A stretch of DNA of 63,891 bases, filler included, from Octopus bimaculoides (taxonomy: Eukaryota), in assembly GCF_001194135.2 (NCBI RefSeq). It is 5 parts of 5 records of this genome, joined end to end, with 100 filler letters (N's around TTAATTAATTAA, not from the genome) between each part and the next. Parts side by side here need not be neighbours in the genome. Positions count along the whole stretch, not along the records: positions 45,476 to 56,618 come from NC_068984.1; positions 56,719 to 61,315 come from NC_068994.1; 3 more parts are not named here. One strand, written 5' to 3'. This document shows, piece by piece, positions 50,641 through 61,315 of this stretch (positions within the stretch are counted from its first letter, which is position 1; each line of letters opens with the position of its first letter). The translations under genes were made by a program, and so were the position numbers. The notes below the pieces were generated by a model. That model was not told the origin of the DNA and searched no databases. It worked only from the letters and a program-made list of their open reading frames with translations.

Positions 50641-51774
50641 GGGATAGGCATCTTGGTGTGTAGTAGACCCAGGAATAATTACTAGTGGGACTTACACTTT
50701 TCGCTCTCCAGCCACCACCAAGACTCAGTTCAAGTTATTTACCTATTGAGATTATTTTCATTTAATTTCAGTTCAGTTATCTTTCTATTTGTATATCTAT
50801 TAATATAATATCTCTTCCCGTGTATCCGTTGTTATACCTATAGACTCATGTGTCTGTCTATCTTTCTGTCTGTCAGTTTAATCAAATATCATATCTACTT
50901 TCTTTTCTACCGATGTATGTATCTGATTACTTTCATAATACTGGTAAGCATTGAAACCTAAGCACTTAAACCTAATAACAAAAAGAAAAAAGGAATAATG
51001 TCAGTACCTCAGCATGGCCTCAGCCTTTGGTCTGAAACACATCTATAATACATTAAAAGTCAGTTTGAATCTTGCTTGCTTGCTTGCAATGTTACCCAGC
51101 CAAACTGGAGCATAATGTGAAATACTATGAATTAACTTTACCCTGAAATGTTAATACAAATGGCATGAAACAAGTTTCGCATAAATTGGAGTAGTAGTGA
51201 TTGAGATATTTGGGGTTTGGTGGTATAAATACCCAAAACAGGTGCATAATGGGAAAATGTTCCCAATTTAACTTCATCCTGAAGGGAAGAATCTCTAACC
51301 TTTTGATGTAACATTTGTTGAAAGCATGCGAAATAACTTGAAAAAGAAAAAAAACCCTGCAAAACAAAACTATTGCTGGGAAACTCAGAGTTTACTGGTG
51401 ACCCCAAGGGTCATGGGCTGTTTAGTAAAAGATAAAAGTGTAACATCCACAGCTATTTGCTAAGATTATTTCAGTTATTTATTGATTATCTATCAATTTT
51501 AATTTATAGATCTTCATCATATCGTTTCATTATGTTAAATATTTCAACTGTGTCTGTGATTTAAACACACAAATGTAGAACAATACAGACCTTCTCCCCT
51601 CCCCCTCTCTCTCTTTATCTATCTTACTTTCTCTCACGTCTTCTCTTTTTATTCTTTTCATTCTGTTTCTCTGTTTGTCTCCCTCTTCTCCCTCCTCTTT
51701 CTCTCTATATGTAACTCTTTGAGTTATTACCTCCCTTGGCGTAAGTGTAACACAAGGACAAACTTGACAAGAAC

Positions 51775-52040
51775 AATCATCATCGTCGTTATTTAACGTC
51801 CGCTTTCCATGCTAGCATGGGTTGGACGATTTGACTGAGGACTGGCGAACCAGATGGCTGCACCAGGCTCCAATCTGATCTGGCAGAGTTTCTACCGCTG
51901 GATGTCCTTCCTAACACCAACCACTCCGAGAGTGTAGTGGGTGCTTTTACATGCCACCGGCACGAAGGCCAGTCAGGCGGTACTGGCAACGGCCACGCTC
52001 AAGTGGTGTTTTTTATGTGCCACATGCACAGGAGCCAGTA
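51775..52040 (-). mobile_element. RTE-type SINE/LINE 3' end with (GAT)n-like tail
   Basis: Reverse complement contains gttggtgttaggaaggacatccagc...ccatgctagcatggaaagcggacgttaaataacgacgatgatg. GC-rich relative to its flanks. Confidence 0.75.
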
Positions 52041-52714
52041 AAAGAGTATTATAGTTGTGTTTAAGTATATGTATGATACATTTAAAAATATACATACATA
52101 CACAAAAATACATACATGCATACACAAAACGTATATAAACATAAATGATTCAGTCGATAAAAACCTTAAAGAACGATTCAGCTGAAAAACAAAATTGAAG
52201 AAATAAAAAAAATTTTACTGAAATTGCCGAACACTTTCAGTTTTGATAAACTATCTCCGAAAAATCGCCTTGAAATTAACGAAATTAAATAAAGACCAGT
52301 CAATAGCTGATAAGAAATAATTTAATACACCAAACTATATGTGTCTGCATTAATACAAGAATATAGTAATTATAATAAATTGAAGATTCTACTACACCCA
52401 GCATAAGTAAACAAACTATTGATAAAATATATTTCATGACCCAAATTAGAGCCTTTCTATAGAATAAATAAACATGTTGTGAAAAGCAAATTAAAGAAAA
52501 TTAATAATAAAAATAATAATCATTTATCGAACAGAACAACACATGTATTCCATCCAATTGTGAAAGATCGTTACAGATACATTATGGAAACTCAAATATG
52601 AAATGTCTTCTCATCAGTAACGTTCCGGAATTTCGTAAGACACTAAATTATATGTAAATTATTAATGTAATTTATGCATTTAGATGTAAATATGAAGGTT
52701 GCAGATGAATGACG

Positions 52715-52966
52715 TGTGGAGGCGCGTGGCTCAGTGGTTAGGGTGTCAGCATCACGATCGTAAGATTGTGGTTTCGATTCCTGGATTGGGCGACGCGTTG
52801 TGTTCTTGAGCAAAACACTTCATTTACGTTGCTTCAGTCCACTCAGCTGGCAAAAATGACTAATGCTGCGATGGACTGGCGTCCTGTCCAGCTGGGGAAC
52901 GCATACACCATTGAAACCGGGAAACCGGGCCCATGAGCCTGGTTAGGCTTTGAAAGGGCGCATTTA
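52715..52966 (+). mobile_element. Full-length tRNA-derived SINE with CORE/Meta-like body (family C)
   Basis: A box tggctcagtggtta and B box gtttcgattcc, then gttgtgttcttgagcaaaacactt...gcgatggactggcgtcctgtccag...gaaaccggg. Confidence 0.85.
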
Positions 52967-53015
52967 TATGTTTCCAGGCAAAGCTATATTTCCTCATGGG
53001 TACATGAATCCAGTT

Positions 53016-53150
53016 AAAAAAATCACAGGTAAAAAAGTCACAGGAAAAATTCACGGCCATAAAGTCACAGGGGTTTTGTCTGGGTGTGGTTTGTCCGGAT
53101 TACATAAATTAATTGTGACTTTTTTCCTAGCCAAAATTGTGACTTTATTA
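53016..53150. repeat. Four direct and two inverted copies of an AAAAAGTCACAG-like motif (possible DNA-transposon subterminal repeats)
   Basis: aaaaaaatcacagg, taaaaaagtcacagg, aaaaattcacgg and ataaagtcacagg; then tgtgactttttt and tgtgactttatt. Confidence 0.6.
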
Positions 53151-53179
53151 CCGCTCACCGGCTACACGTGTTCACAGAA

Positions 53180-53390
53180 TAATGGAAATGAATGACACCG
53201 CTTGTATGAGAAGGGCACTTGTTTACAACGACTATACGATGTCAAGACAAAGAGACACAAACATACAACACCCATATCTATCTATCTATCTATCTGATGG
53301 GCTTCTTTCAGTTTCCGTCTACCAAATCCACTCACAAGGTTCTGGTGGCACGCGGCACGCAGTGGAACTGAACCTGAGACCATGTGATTT
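53180..53390 (-). mobile_element. SINE family B variant (head, (TAGA)n linker, start of RTE-type 3' half), truncated
   Basis: Head at 53294-53390. 53185-53265 is homologous to the reverse complement of 45805-45900. Confidence 0.8.
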
Positions 53391-53399
53391 AACTACACG

Positions 53400-53546
53400 C
53401 CGGTGGCTGTGTGGTACGTAGTTTGCTTACCAACCGCATGGTTCTGGGTTCAATCCCACTGCATGACTCCTTAGGTAAGTGTCTTCTATTATAGCCATGG
53501 GCCGACCAAAGATTTGTGAGTGGATTTGGTATACAGAAACTGAAAG
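53400..53546 (+). mobile_element. SINE family B 5' half
   Basis: gtggctgtgtggtacgtagtttgcttaccaaccgcatggttctgggttcaatcccactgc...ggccgaccaaagatttgtgagtggatttggta. Confidence 0.9.
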
Positions 53547-54409
53547 AAACCCGTCATATATATATATATATATANNNNNNNNNNNNNNNNNNNNNNNNNN
53601 NNNNNNNNNNNNNNNNNNNNNNNNNNNNNNNNNNNNNNNNNNNNNNNNNNNNNNNNNNNNNNNNNNNNNNNNNNNNNNNNNNNNNNNNNNNNNNNNNNNN
53701 NNNNNNNNNNNNNNNNNNNNNNNNNNNNNNNNNNNNNNNNNNNNNNNNNNNNNNNNNNNNNNNNNNNNNNNNNNNNNNNNNNNNNNNNNNNNNNNNNNNN
53801 NNNNNNNNNNNNNNNNNNNNNNNNNNNNNNNNNNNNNNNNNNNNNNNNNNNNNNNNNNNNNNNNNNNNNNNNNNNNNNNNNNNNNNNNNNNNNNNNNNNN
53901 NNNNNNNNNNNNNNNNNNNNNNNNNNNNNNNNNNNNNNNNNNNNNNNNNNNNNNNNNNNNNNNNNNNNNNNNNNNNNNNNNNNNNNNNNNNNNNNNNNNN
54001 NNNNNNNNNNNNNNNNNNNNNNNNNNNNNNNNNNNNNNNNNNNNNNNNNNNNNNNNNNNNNNNNNNNNNNNNNNNNNNNNNNNNNNNNNNNNNNNNNNNN
54101 NNNNNNNNNNNNNNNNNNNNNNNNNNNNNNNNNNNNNNNNNNNNNNNNNNNNNNNNNNNNNNNNNNNNNNNNNNNNNNNNNNNNNNNNNNNNNNNNNNNN
54201 NNNNNNNNNNNNNNNNNNNNNNNNNNNNNNNNNNNNNNNNNNNNNNNNNNNNNNNNNNNNNNNNNNNNNNNNNNNNNNNNNNNNNNNNNNNNNNNNNNNN
54301 NNNNNNAATATAAAATGGGAGTAAAGAGTCGAGTTTTTTTTTTAGGAGAAAACCTGTTCTTCATGTAGACCAGTGAGATTTCTGTGTGTGTGTGTGTGTG
54401 TGGAATAAA

Positions 54410-55050
54410 TACTTTGCAATGATTACTTCCCAAACATGTGGTCTCGGGTTCAGTCTCACTGTGCAGAAACTCAGATGTCTTCTGGGATCTTTTCCCTTTG
54501 AACGGCACATCGAGAAATTAATTTTTTGTAACTAAACACTTTCAAACTTCGGACACTGGTACAATGTGTCATATAAAACATCTTTTACTCTTGGCGTTTT
54601 TAAGAAAATTGTTTATTTTCAAAGTTATTTCGTGTTAAAGTTGTCGTATTTCGGTAATTTCAACCAATCAATGACGAATATTCAGCTGAATAAAATTACT
54701 GCCATTGTTTGTCAACAACAACTATCGGCGGTGCATATTTCTTTTGTCACTGTTATTTATGACATATTTCATCTCAGTTACGTTTGTATGAATAAAAGAG
54801 TGTATCTGAAGCATGTTTACTTCATGGCACCACCACAATCTTTAACACGAAATAACTTTGAAAATATAAACTTTTCTCAACACCACCAAGAGTAAAAAAT
54901 GTTTTATATGACACATTCTACCAGTGTCCGAAGTTTGAAAGTGTTTAGTTAAAAAAAAATTAATTTCTCGGTGTGCCGTTCAAAGGTAAAGATCCGTCTT
55001 CTGGAGCTATGGGCTGACCAAAGTCTTGAAAGTGAATTTCCTAGACGGAA
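54410..55050 (+). mobile_element. Diverged SINE family B split by a MITE
   Basis: The head (cttcccaaacatgtggtctcgggttcagtctcactg..gtcttct) resumes after 54995 (gtcttct..ctatgggctgaccaaagtcttg..gacggaaactggaagaa). Confidence 0.75.
54485..54995. mobile_element. 511-bp MITE with TIRs of about 160 bp and an 8-bp TSD (Merlin- or hAT-type)
   Basis: TIRs begin GGATCTTT(T/A)CC..TTTGAACGGCACA and extend to gtgttaaag(a)ttgt. TSD GTCTTCTG at 54477-54484 and 54996-55003. Confidence 0.9.
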
Positions 55051-55165
55051 ACTGGAAGAATCGCGTTGTATGTATGTGTATGTCTACATACATACATACA
55101 TAAATACACACATATACATGCACCCACATATACATATATTGATATGTATGTCTGTATCTGTATAA

Positions 55166-55209
<44 letters not shown>

Positions 55210-55786
55210 ACTATATAAGCAAGAAATTACTATGACTCTTTGCATACCTGCTGATGAAGGTCACGACGGTGTTCGAAGATATACAAATAACGCATTTGTT
55301 TCAATGTGCATCTTTATTTTAATTTCAACTGTCACTTCGTTTACATTGTACTTATGTATCATTACACACACACACACACAAGCATGTATCATCCATGTGG
55401 CATAGGCGACTAATTAGAAAGTCTAATAAATTATTAATATTGTTCAGAATCAACTCAATTTACTCCACACTCCATTATTCTTTCAATGAAAGCTTAATAT
55501 TTTTCATTAAAGATATTAAAAAACCTTGAAAGCCCGCCTGTTCCTTCCCCTCTTCTTCTCAATGTCAACTACGCTCTCACTTCTTCATTCCCACCTCCTT
55601 TAACTTCGCCTTCCATCCATCCTTTTTTTACTTTCTTCTCTGTCACCCAACAGTATCAAACCTGTCGTCTGTCTAACTGCATTTCAAATCTTTTATCATT
55701 TCGGTCTTCACCTGCTTCAATCTTTCCTCCTACTTACTTTGCGCCTCACCCCGACTCTTTCCGTCTCTAAATCACTATACACTTAC

Positions 55787-55974
55787 CTGTCCCACCTGAT
55801 ACTCTTCTGTTGCTGTGTAGCCGCCCTGTGCAAAAAACACGACCAAACAGCACCTGTTCTTCAATAGAAATTTCAAAATGGTTTCAGTCACTATTGTAAA
55901 ACTTTTTATAATCGTTAGAAACCGACTTCCTTTGTCTGTCTTTTTATATATTTTACTCAATGAAAGTGGGCCGT
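55787..55974 (-). other. Candidate orphan exon (188 nt; or 39 nt from the alternative acceptor at 55825)
   Basis: Minus strand: acceptor tcttattttttccattgcag|, donor CAG|GTAAGT. One frame is open throughout (GPLSLSKIYK...GGYTATEEYQVGQ). Lies in a repeat-poor island; no recognisable homology. Confidence 0.3.
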
Positions 55975-56618
55975 CTGCAATGGAAAAAATAAGATTGTTT
56001 TTAATTTTATTATTATTTGCTTGTTACAAGGCAGGTAGTTTGAAATCCTGTTTATTTGTCATTGCTTCCTTCTTTTCCTTCGACTCAAGTTTCTGAGCTT
56101 ATCTGAAGTATGACGTCGGAAAAAATAAGTAGGTTTCCCGCCAAGAGTCCCATTTTACGTCTCATCGGCATTTTCCTTCGTTTTATTTGATAGATTTTAA
56201 GCTACAGTTGAATCTTTTCAGCCTATAATTTCTTTTATTTCTTTGGCATGAATTTTATGAAAAAAAAATCTATTTCGTGTTCACTGTTAATCTAAAAATA
56301 GCTTTTATAATGTTCCTTTCTCTGTTAATCTTTGAATCAAATTTTACTTTGTTTTTCGTCAACGTTTCAAACCTATTACTGATAAGTAATATTAGTTCCA
56401 TAAAATATTCCCAGGGAATATAAAGTCAGTTGAGTTGAACCAGTATATTACAGACCGATAGGCTAGCAGAATAGATTCGAAATAGCTAGACATAACCAAC
56501 TATGCCGACCTCCGTCTCTGTTAAAAGGAAGAAAGAAAAGAAATAACGTGGACAATAAAAGCGTTTTCGCCACTTCATTATGATACTTAACAACCGCCTC
56601 TCTCTCTCTCTCTCTCTC

Positions 56619-56718
56619 NNNNNNNNNNNNNNNNNNNNNNNNNNNNNNNNNNNNNNNNNNNNTTAATTAATTAANNNNNNNNNNNNNNNNNNNNNNNNNN
56701 NNNNNNNNNNNNNNNNNN
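56619..56718. other. Artificial scaffold join (44 N + TTAATTAATTAA + 44 N)
   Basis: Same construct. Confidence 0.95.
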
Positions 56719-56725
56719 GACAGAC

Positions 56726-56789
<64 letters not shown>

Positions 56790-56831
56790 TGATTGATAGA
56801 AAAACAGACGACAGACAGAAAGGCAGACGAC

Positions 56832-56890
<59 letters not shown>

Positions 56891-56931
56891 CAGACACAGA
56901 TATATATATAGAGAGAGGGGGGGAGAGGGAA

Positions 56932-56972
<41 letters not shown>

Positions 56973-57528
56973 GTGTGTGTGTAAGAGAGAGAGAGAGAGA
57001 GAAAGATGAATGGATGGACAGACAGACGGTTGGAGAGACGGATAGACAGACAGGCAAACAGACAGCGATAGATAGATAGATCGATCGATCGATCGATCGA
57101 TAGAAAGATAGATAGATAGATAGATAATTTCAATAAACAGACAGACGAAAATATATCAGAGATAGGGAAAAGCAGATACAGACATATAGAGAAACGAATG
57201 GCTTTCACGAAGCGGTGGACCGTGAAAGATCTTGTCCGGACGACAGGAAGAAGTTTATAGCCGATGTTAACTGATACTAAAGAGATAAATAAATAGATAG
57301 ATAAAAGGAAAAGAAAAAAGGAGAAAAGAAAAGAGATATACAAAGAAGGGAAGACGTGGTGGGTGGGTGAGTGGGGCAAAATATGCTAGAACGAGTATTA
57401 ATGAGCGCAATCTATAGCTTTGGTGAATAGATAGTATTATATTTTGATTAGAAGTGAGTCTATGTGTGGGTGTCCGCATGCTTTTCATCTGCTATTGATA
57501 TATATACCTATGTATATATGCACACGCG

Positions 57529-57575
<47 letters not shown>

Positions 57576-57873
57576 NNNNNNNNNNNNNNNNNNNNNNNNN
57601 NNNNNNNNNNNNNNNNNNNNNNNNNNNNNNNNNNNNNNNNNNNNNNNNNNNNNNNNNNNNNNNNNNNNNNNNNNNNNNNNNNNNNNNNNNNNNNNNNNNN
57701 NNNNNNNNNNNNNNNNNNNNNNNNNNNNNNNNNNNNNNNNNNNNNNNNNNNNNNNNNNNNNNNNNNNNNNNNNNNNNNNNNNNNNNNNNNNNNNNNNNNN
57801 NNNNNNNNNNNNNNNNNNNNNNNNNNNNNNNNNNNNNNNNNNNNNNNNNNNNNNNNNNNNNNNNNNNNNNNNN

Positions 57874-57910
<37 letters not shown>

Positions 57911-57911
57911 C

Positions 57912-58076
57912 ACGATGGGCTTCTTTCAGTTTCCGTCTACCAAATCCACTCACAAGGCTTTGGTCGGCCCGAGGCTATAGTAGAAGACACTTGCCCAACG
58001 TGCCACGCAGTGGGACTGAACCCGGAACCATGTGGTTTGTAAGCAAGCTACTTACCACACAGCCAGTCCTACGCCT
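57912..58076 (-). mobile_element. Young SINE family B 5' half
   Basis: Close to consensus: gggcttctttcagtttccgtctaccaaatccactcacaaggctttggtcggcccgaggctatagtagaagacacttgccc...cacacagccagtcctacgcct. Confidence 0.93.
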
Positions 58077-58289
58077 GCATATATGGGTACAGGACATCAC
58101 CAACTGTGAAAACATGAAGTACGTAAACAAGCGAGTTGAATGGAAAAGGATGGATATAGGATGTATAAAGGGAAATAAGAGAATAAAAATAAAAATATAT
58201 GTTGGATGTTACAGTTAATAACTGGCAGAAGTAAGAGATTAATCAAGGGCTGAGAGTTTTATGTGTTAGAACTTATCAAACATCGTCAT

Positions 58290-58390
58290 ACGACAGGCTT
58301 CTTTCAGTTTCCACTCACAAGGCTTTGGTCGGTCCGGGGCTATAGTAGAAAACACTAGTTCAAGACCTCACGCAGTGGGACGGAGCCCGT
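58290..58390 (-). mobile_element. Deleted SINE family B fragment
   Basis: ggcttctttcagtttcc|actcacaaggctttggtcgg..ctatagtagaaaacac..cacgcagtggga. Confidence 0.8.
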
Positions 58391-58474
58391 AATTATGTAT
58401 ATATGTCTGTATAAAAGTATAGTTTATAACTTTGTGTTGCGATTGTTAATGGAGAGATGTGTATCTGCTGCAAC

Positions 58475-58760
58475 AGAAAACTATTCAACAGAAACTATGT
58501 AAAAGTAAGTTACACATGTACCCCAAACATAAAAGATAGAACTCACAATCCAACTAAATTAACGTCGCTTATGTACGCATGCAGAAGCACAGATGCATGC
58601 CCAGTCAACCAGTTACGTATAGAAGAGGCAACAATATATGAAACAGAATGCGGCCCTATTAAACTGAACTGCACTATTGAGCTTAAACACTACACAGGAA
58701 TGGCTGAAGGTAGGTTTAAACAACTTTAACCATACGTCAACCTTCAAACTACGAGAAAAA
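58475..58760 (+). mobile_element. Penelope-like element relic: linker plus start of the GIY-YIG endonuclease
   Basis: KLFNRNYVKVSYTCTPNIK...CRSTDACPVN...IYET...HYTGMAEGRFKQ, then (frameshift) NHTSTF. Matches the PLE NRNTVKVSYSC / CNCR..CPL / IY..YIG..F..R..NH pattern. Confidence 0.78.
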
Positions 58761-58974
58761 TGGAATAAATTTAATGCATTAGGCTTGCGTTGTAAATATA
58801 AATGTCATTGTATTATATAGCGAGCCTTTCCGTACATATTCCTTTTAGGGGTCTCTTTTTGGATTGATTTCCAATAAACCTTATGGTAATTCGGTCCGGA
58901 AAGTATTTGTGGACTCTTTGTGACATGTATAGTTAGTGATTTTTGTTTGCGGGGTGCGTGCATTATTCAGAGAT

Positions 58975-59110
58975 TATACATTATGCATGAGACTCATATT
59001 ATTTGTGAAACAGAGATTCAGAATATTGCTGGTCGTGTTGTTTTGGGTTAAAATTATCCCAGTGGTTCTAGAGAAATAGACCAACATACCCAAGAACAGA
59101 AAAGTTAGAT
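58975..59110 (-). mobile_element. Possible CR1/L2-type LINE AP-endonuclease C-terminal fragment
   Basis: TTSNILNLCFTNNMSLMHNV resembles the APE motif TR..NILDLVFTN....I.NV; short. Confidence 0.5.
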
Positions 59111-59672
59111 TGGACAGAGAAAAAGAGATCTCAAATCGATTCAATGAAGGAATCAAAGACAGCATCGGAGAATCTCGCTTAAAAAAAAGAATAACTCAGA
59201 AATCTAGAATGATAAAAGATATTATCATGAAAAGAAATGAAAAGAATGAAAAGCCGATGCTGAAGAAAACTGCGTAATTTATAAAGAGCCACAAACTTTT
59301 ATTAGATTCATTGGTTTAGGATAGTTGTGAGTGAGGCGGCACAAAGATGCCGAAACCACGGGTGTAACAAGGTCCCCTTATGCTAATGAATCGAGTTTGT
59401 TCTGAATTCACATTTGTCTGAAATTGTTTTCCAATACACACACGCACACACACATACGCACACACACACACACACACACACGCATACACACACATACACT
59501 CGTATGTGTATACATGAACGCATATTTAGTAAGTACGAGGATGTCTTATCCTCATAAGGGATTATTATATCTAAAATTTTACTGGTTTAATCGCCAATAC
59601 CGTTAAGGAAAATCTCTTCGATATGTAGGAGATTATTATAAGTATAAATATGATTAAGGAAGAGGAATGGAG

Positions 59673-59721
<49 letters not shown>

Positions 59722-60416
59722 NNNNNNNNNNNNNNNNNNNNNNNNNNNNNNNNNNNNNNNNNNNNNNNNNNNNNNNNNNNNNNNNNNNNNNNNNNNNNNN
59801 NNNNNNNNNNNNNNNNNNNNNNNNNNNNNNNNNNNNNNNNNNNNNNNNNNNNNNNNNNNNNNNNNNNNNNNNNNNNNNNNNNNNNNNNNNNNNNNNNNNN
59901 NNNNNNNNNNNNNNNNNNNNNNNNNNNNNNNNNNNNNNNNNNNNNNNNNNNNNNNNNNNNNNNNNNNNNNNNNNNNNNNNNNNNNNNNNNNNNNNNNNNN
60001 NNNNNNNNNNNNNNNNNNNNNNNNNNNNNNNNNNNNNNNNNNNNNNNNNNNNNNNNNNNNNNNNNNNNNNNNNNNNNNNNNNNNNNNNNNNNNNNNNNNN
60101 NNNNNNNNNNNNNNNNNNNNNNNNNNNNNNNNNNNNNNNNNNNNNNNNNNNNNNNNNNNNNNNNNNNNNNNNNNNNNNNNNNNNNNNNNNNNNNNNNNNN
60201 NNNNNNNNNNNNNNNNNNNNNNNNNNNNNNNNNNNNNNNNNNNNNNNNNNNNNNNNNNNNNNNNNNNNNNNNNNNNNNNNNNNNNNNNNNNNNNNNNNNN
60301 NNNNNNNNNNNNNNNNNNNNNNNNNNNNNNNNNNNNNNNNNNNNNNNNNNNNNNNNNNNNNNNNNNNNNNNNNNNNNNNNNNNNNNNNNNNNNNNNNNNN
60401 NNNNNNNNNNNNNNNN

Positions 60417-60572
60417 TTACGTCCCCGTAACTTAGCGGTTCGGCAAAAGAAACCGATAGAATAAGTATTAGGCTTACATAAGAATAAGTCCTGGGGTCGA
60501 TTTTCTCGACTAAAGGCGGTGCTCCAGCATGGCCACAGTCAAATGACTGAAACAAGTAAAAGAGTAAAAGAG
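60417..60572 (+). mobile_element. SINE family B 3' half
   Basis: tacgtccccgtaacttagcggttcggcaaaaga.accgatagaataagta...ctccagcatggccacagtcaaatgactgaaacaagtaaaagagtaaaagag. Confidence 0.92.
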
Positions 60573-60724
60573 CATGCAAAAATACGGACATAATATATAT
60601 TTACAATTGCTTACAAAAATATAGATTAATGTGTATTTTTTCTATGTTCATAATTTTTTGTTTACAATATTGAAAAAGTATGCCACCAAAGAAAAGACGT
60701 AATCCCCCCCCCCCCCAGAAACAC

Positions 60725-61165
60725 GTATAAAGCGAGGACGATTACAGAAAACAAAGGCGAGTGTCTCGACAGAGAATGGAGATGAGACTTTCTCAAGGTC
60801 AGCAGATGCACGTCATTCTCAAGAGAGAAGGGAGATGAGATTTTCCCAAGATCAGCTTAAGGCATACTGCAATACTTAATGCTGAATCATTAGAACAACG
60901 TTTAACACGCCAGATTAGACAGAGGTCCAATACAATAGCTCTCAGAAATAGATCATATGCAAATTCGCTCTTCGCAACACCAGGAGCTGCTTTCAGATAT
61001 GATCCATCCTATTCCTATAAAAATGATAATTCTGTACAAAATGGTGTGCTACACTCAAATTGTCGTTTCTGCAAAGCTTTCAAATTTCCAAATGAAACAA
61101 ATGACATGTGCTGCTCGGGCGGTAAGGTAAGACTGCAAGCACTACCAGCTCCTTACCGTCTCCCA
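60725..61165 (+). mobile_element. Helitron RepHel N-terminal fragment (charged repeats plus Cys-rich motif)
   Basis: A long stop-free frame not in the ORF track reads AESLEQRLTRQIRQR...AAFRYDPSYSY...NCRFCKAFKFPNETNDMCCSGGKVRLQALP. It matches the Helitron AF.YDP...C..C.A.KF..E...CC..GKV.LP motif. Upstream, MEMRLSQ and EMRFSQDQ are repeated. Confidence 0.75.
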
Positions 61166-61315
61166 TTGCAACCCATTTCTAGAATGTACCCATTTACCTA
61201 GAATATCTCCATTACACCTCCATTCATTTGACTGTCAACCATACGACGGGTCGTGTTAGACGTAGCGCTGACCGCCACAAAGGAGAGTATTCCACTGAGC
61301 TTTTCGGTGGGTTAC

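Noticed and set aside
52590-52645. Minus-strand GAAA...CTGATGAG resembling a type II hammerhead
   Set aside because: Stem III lacks the required A-U/UH geometry and there is no room for stem I.
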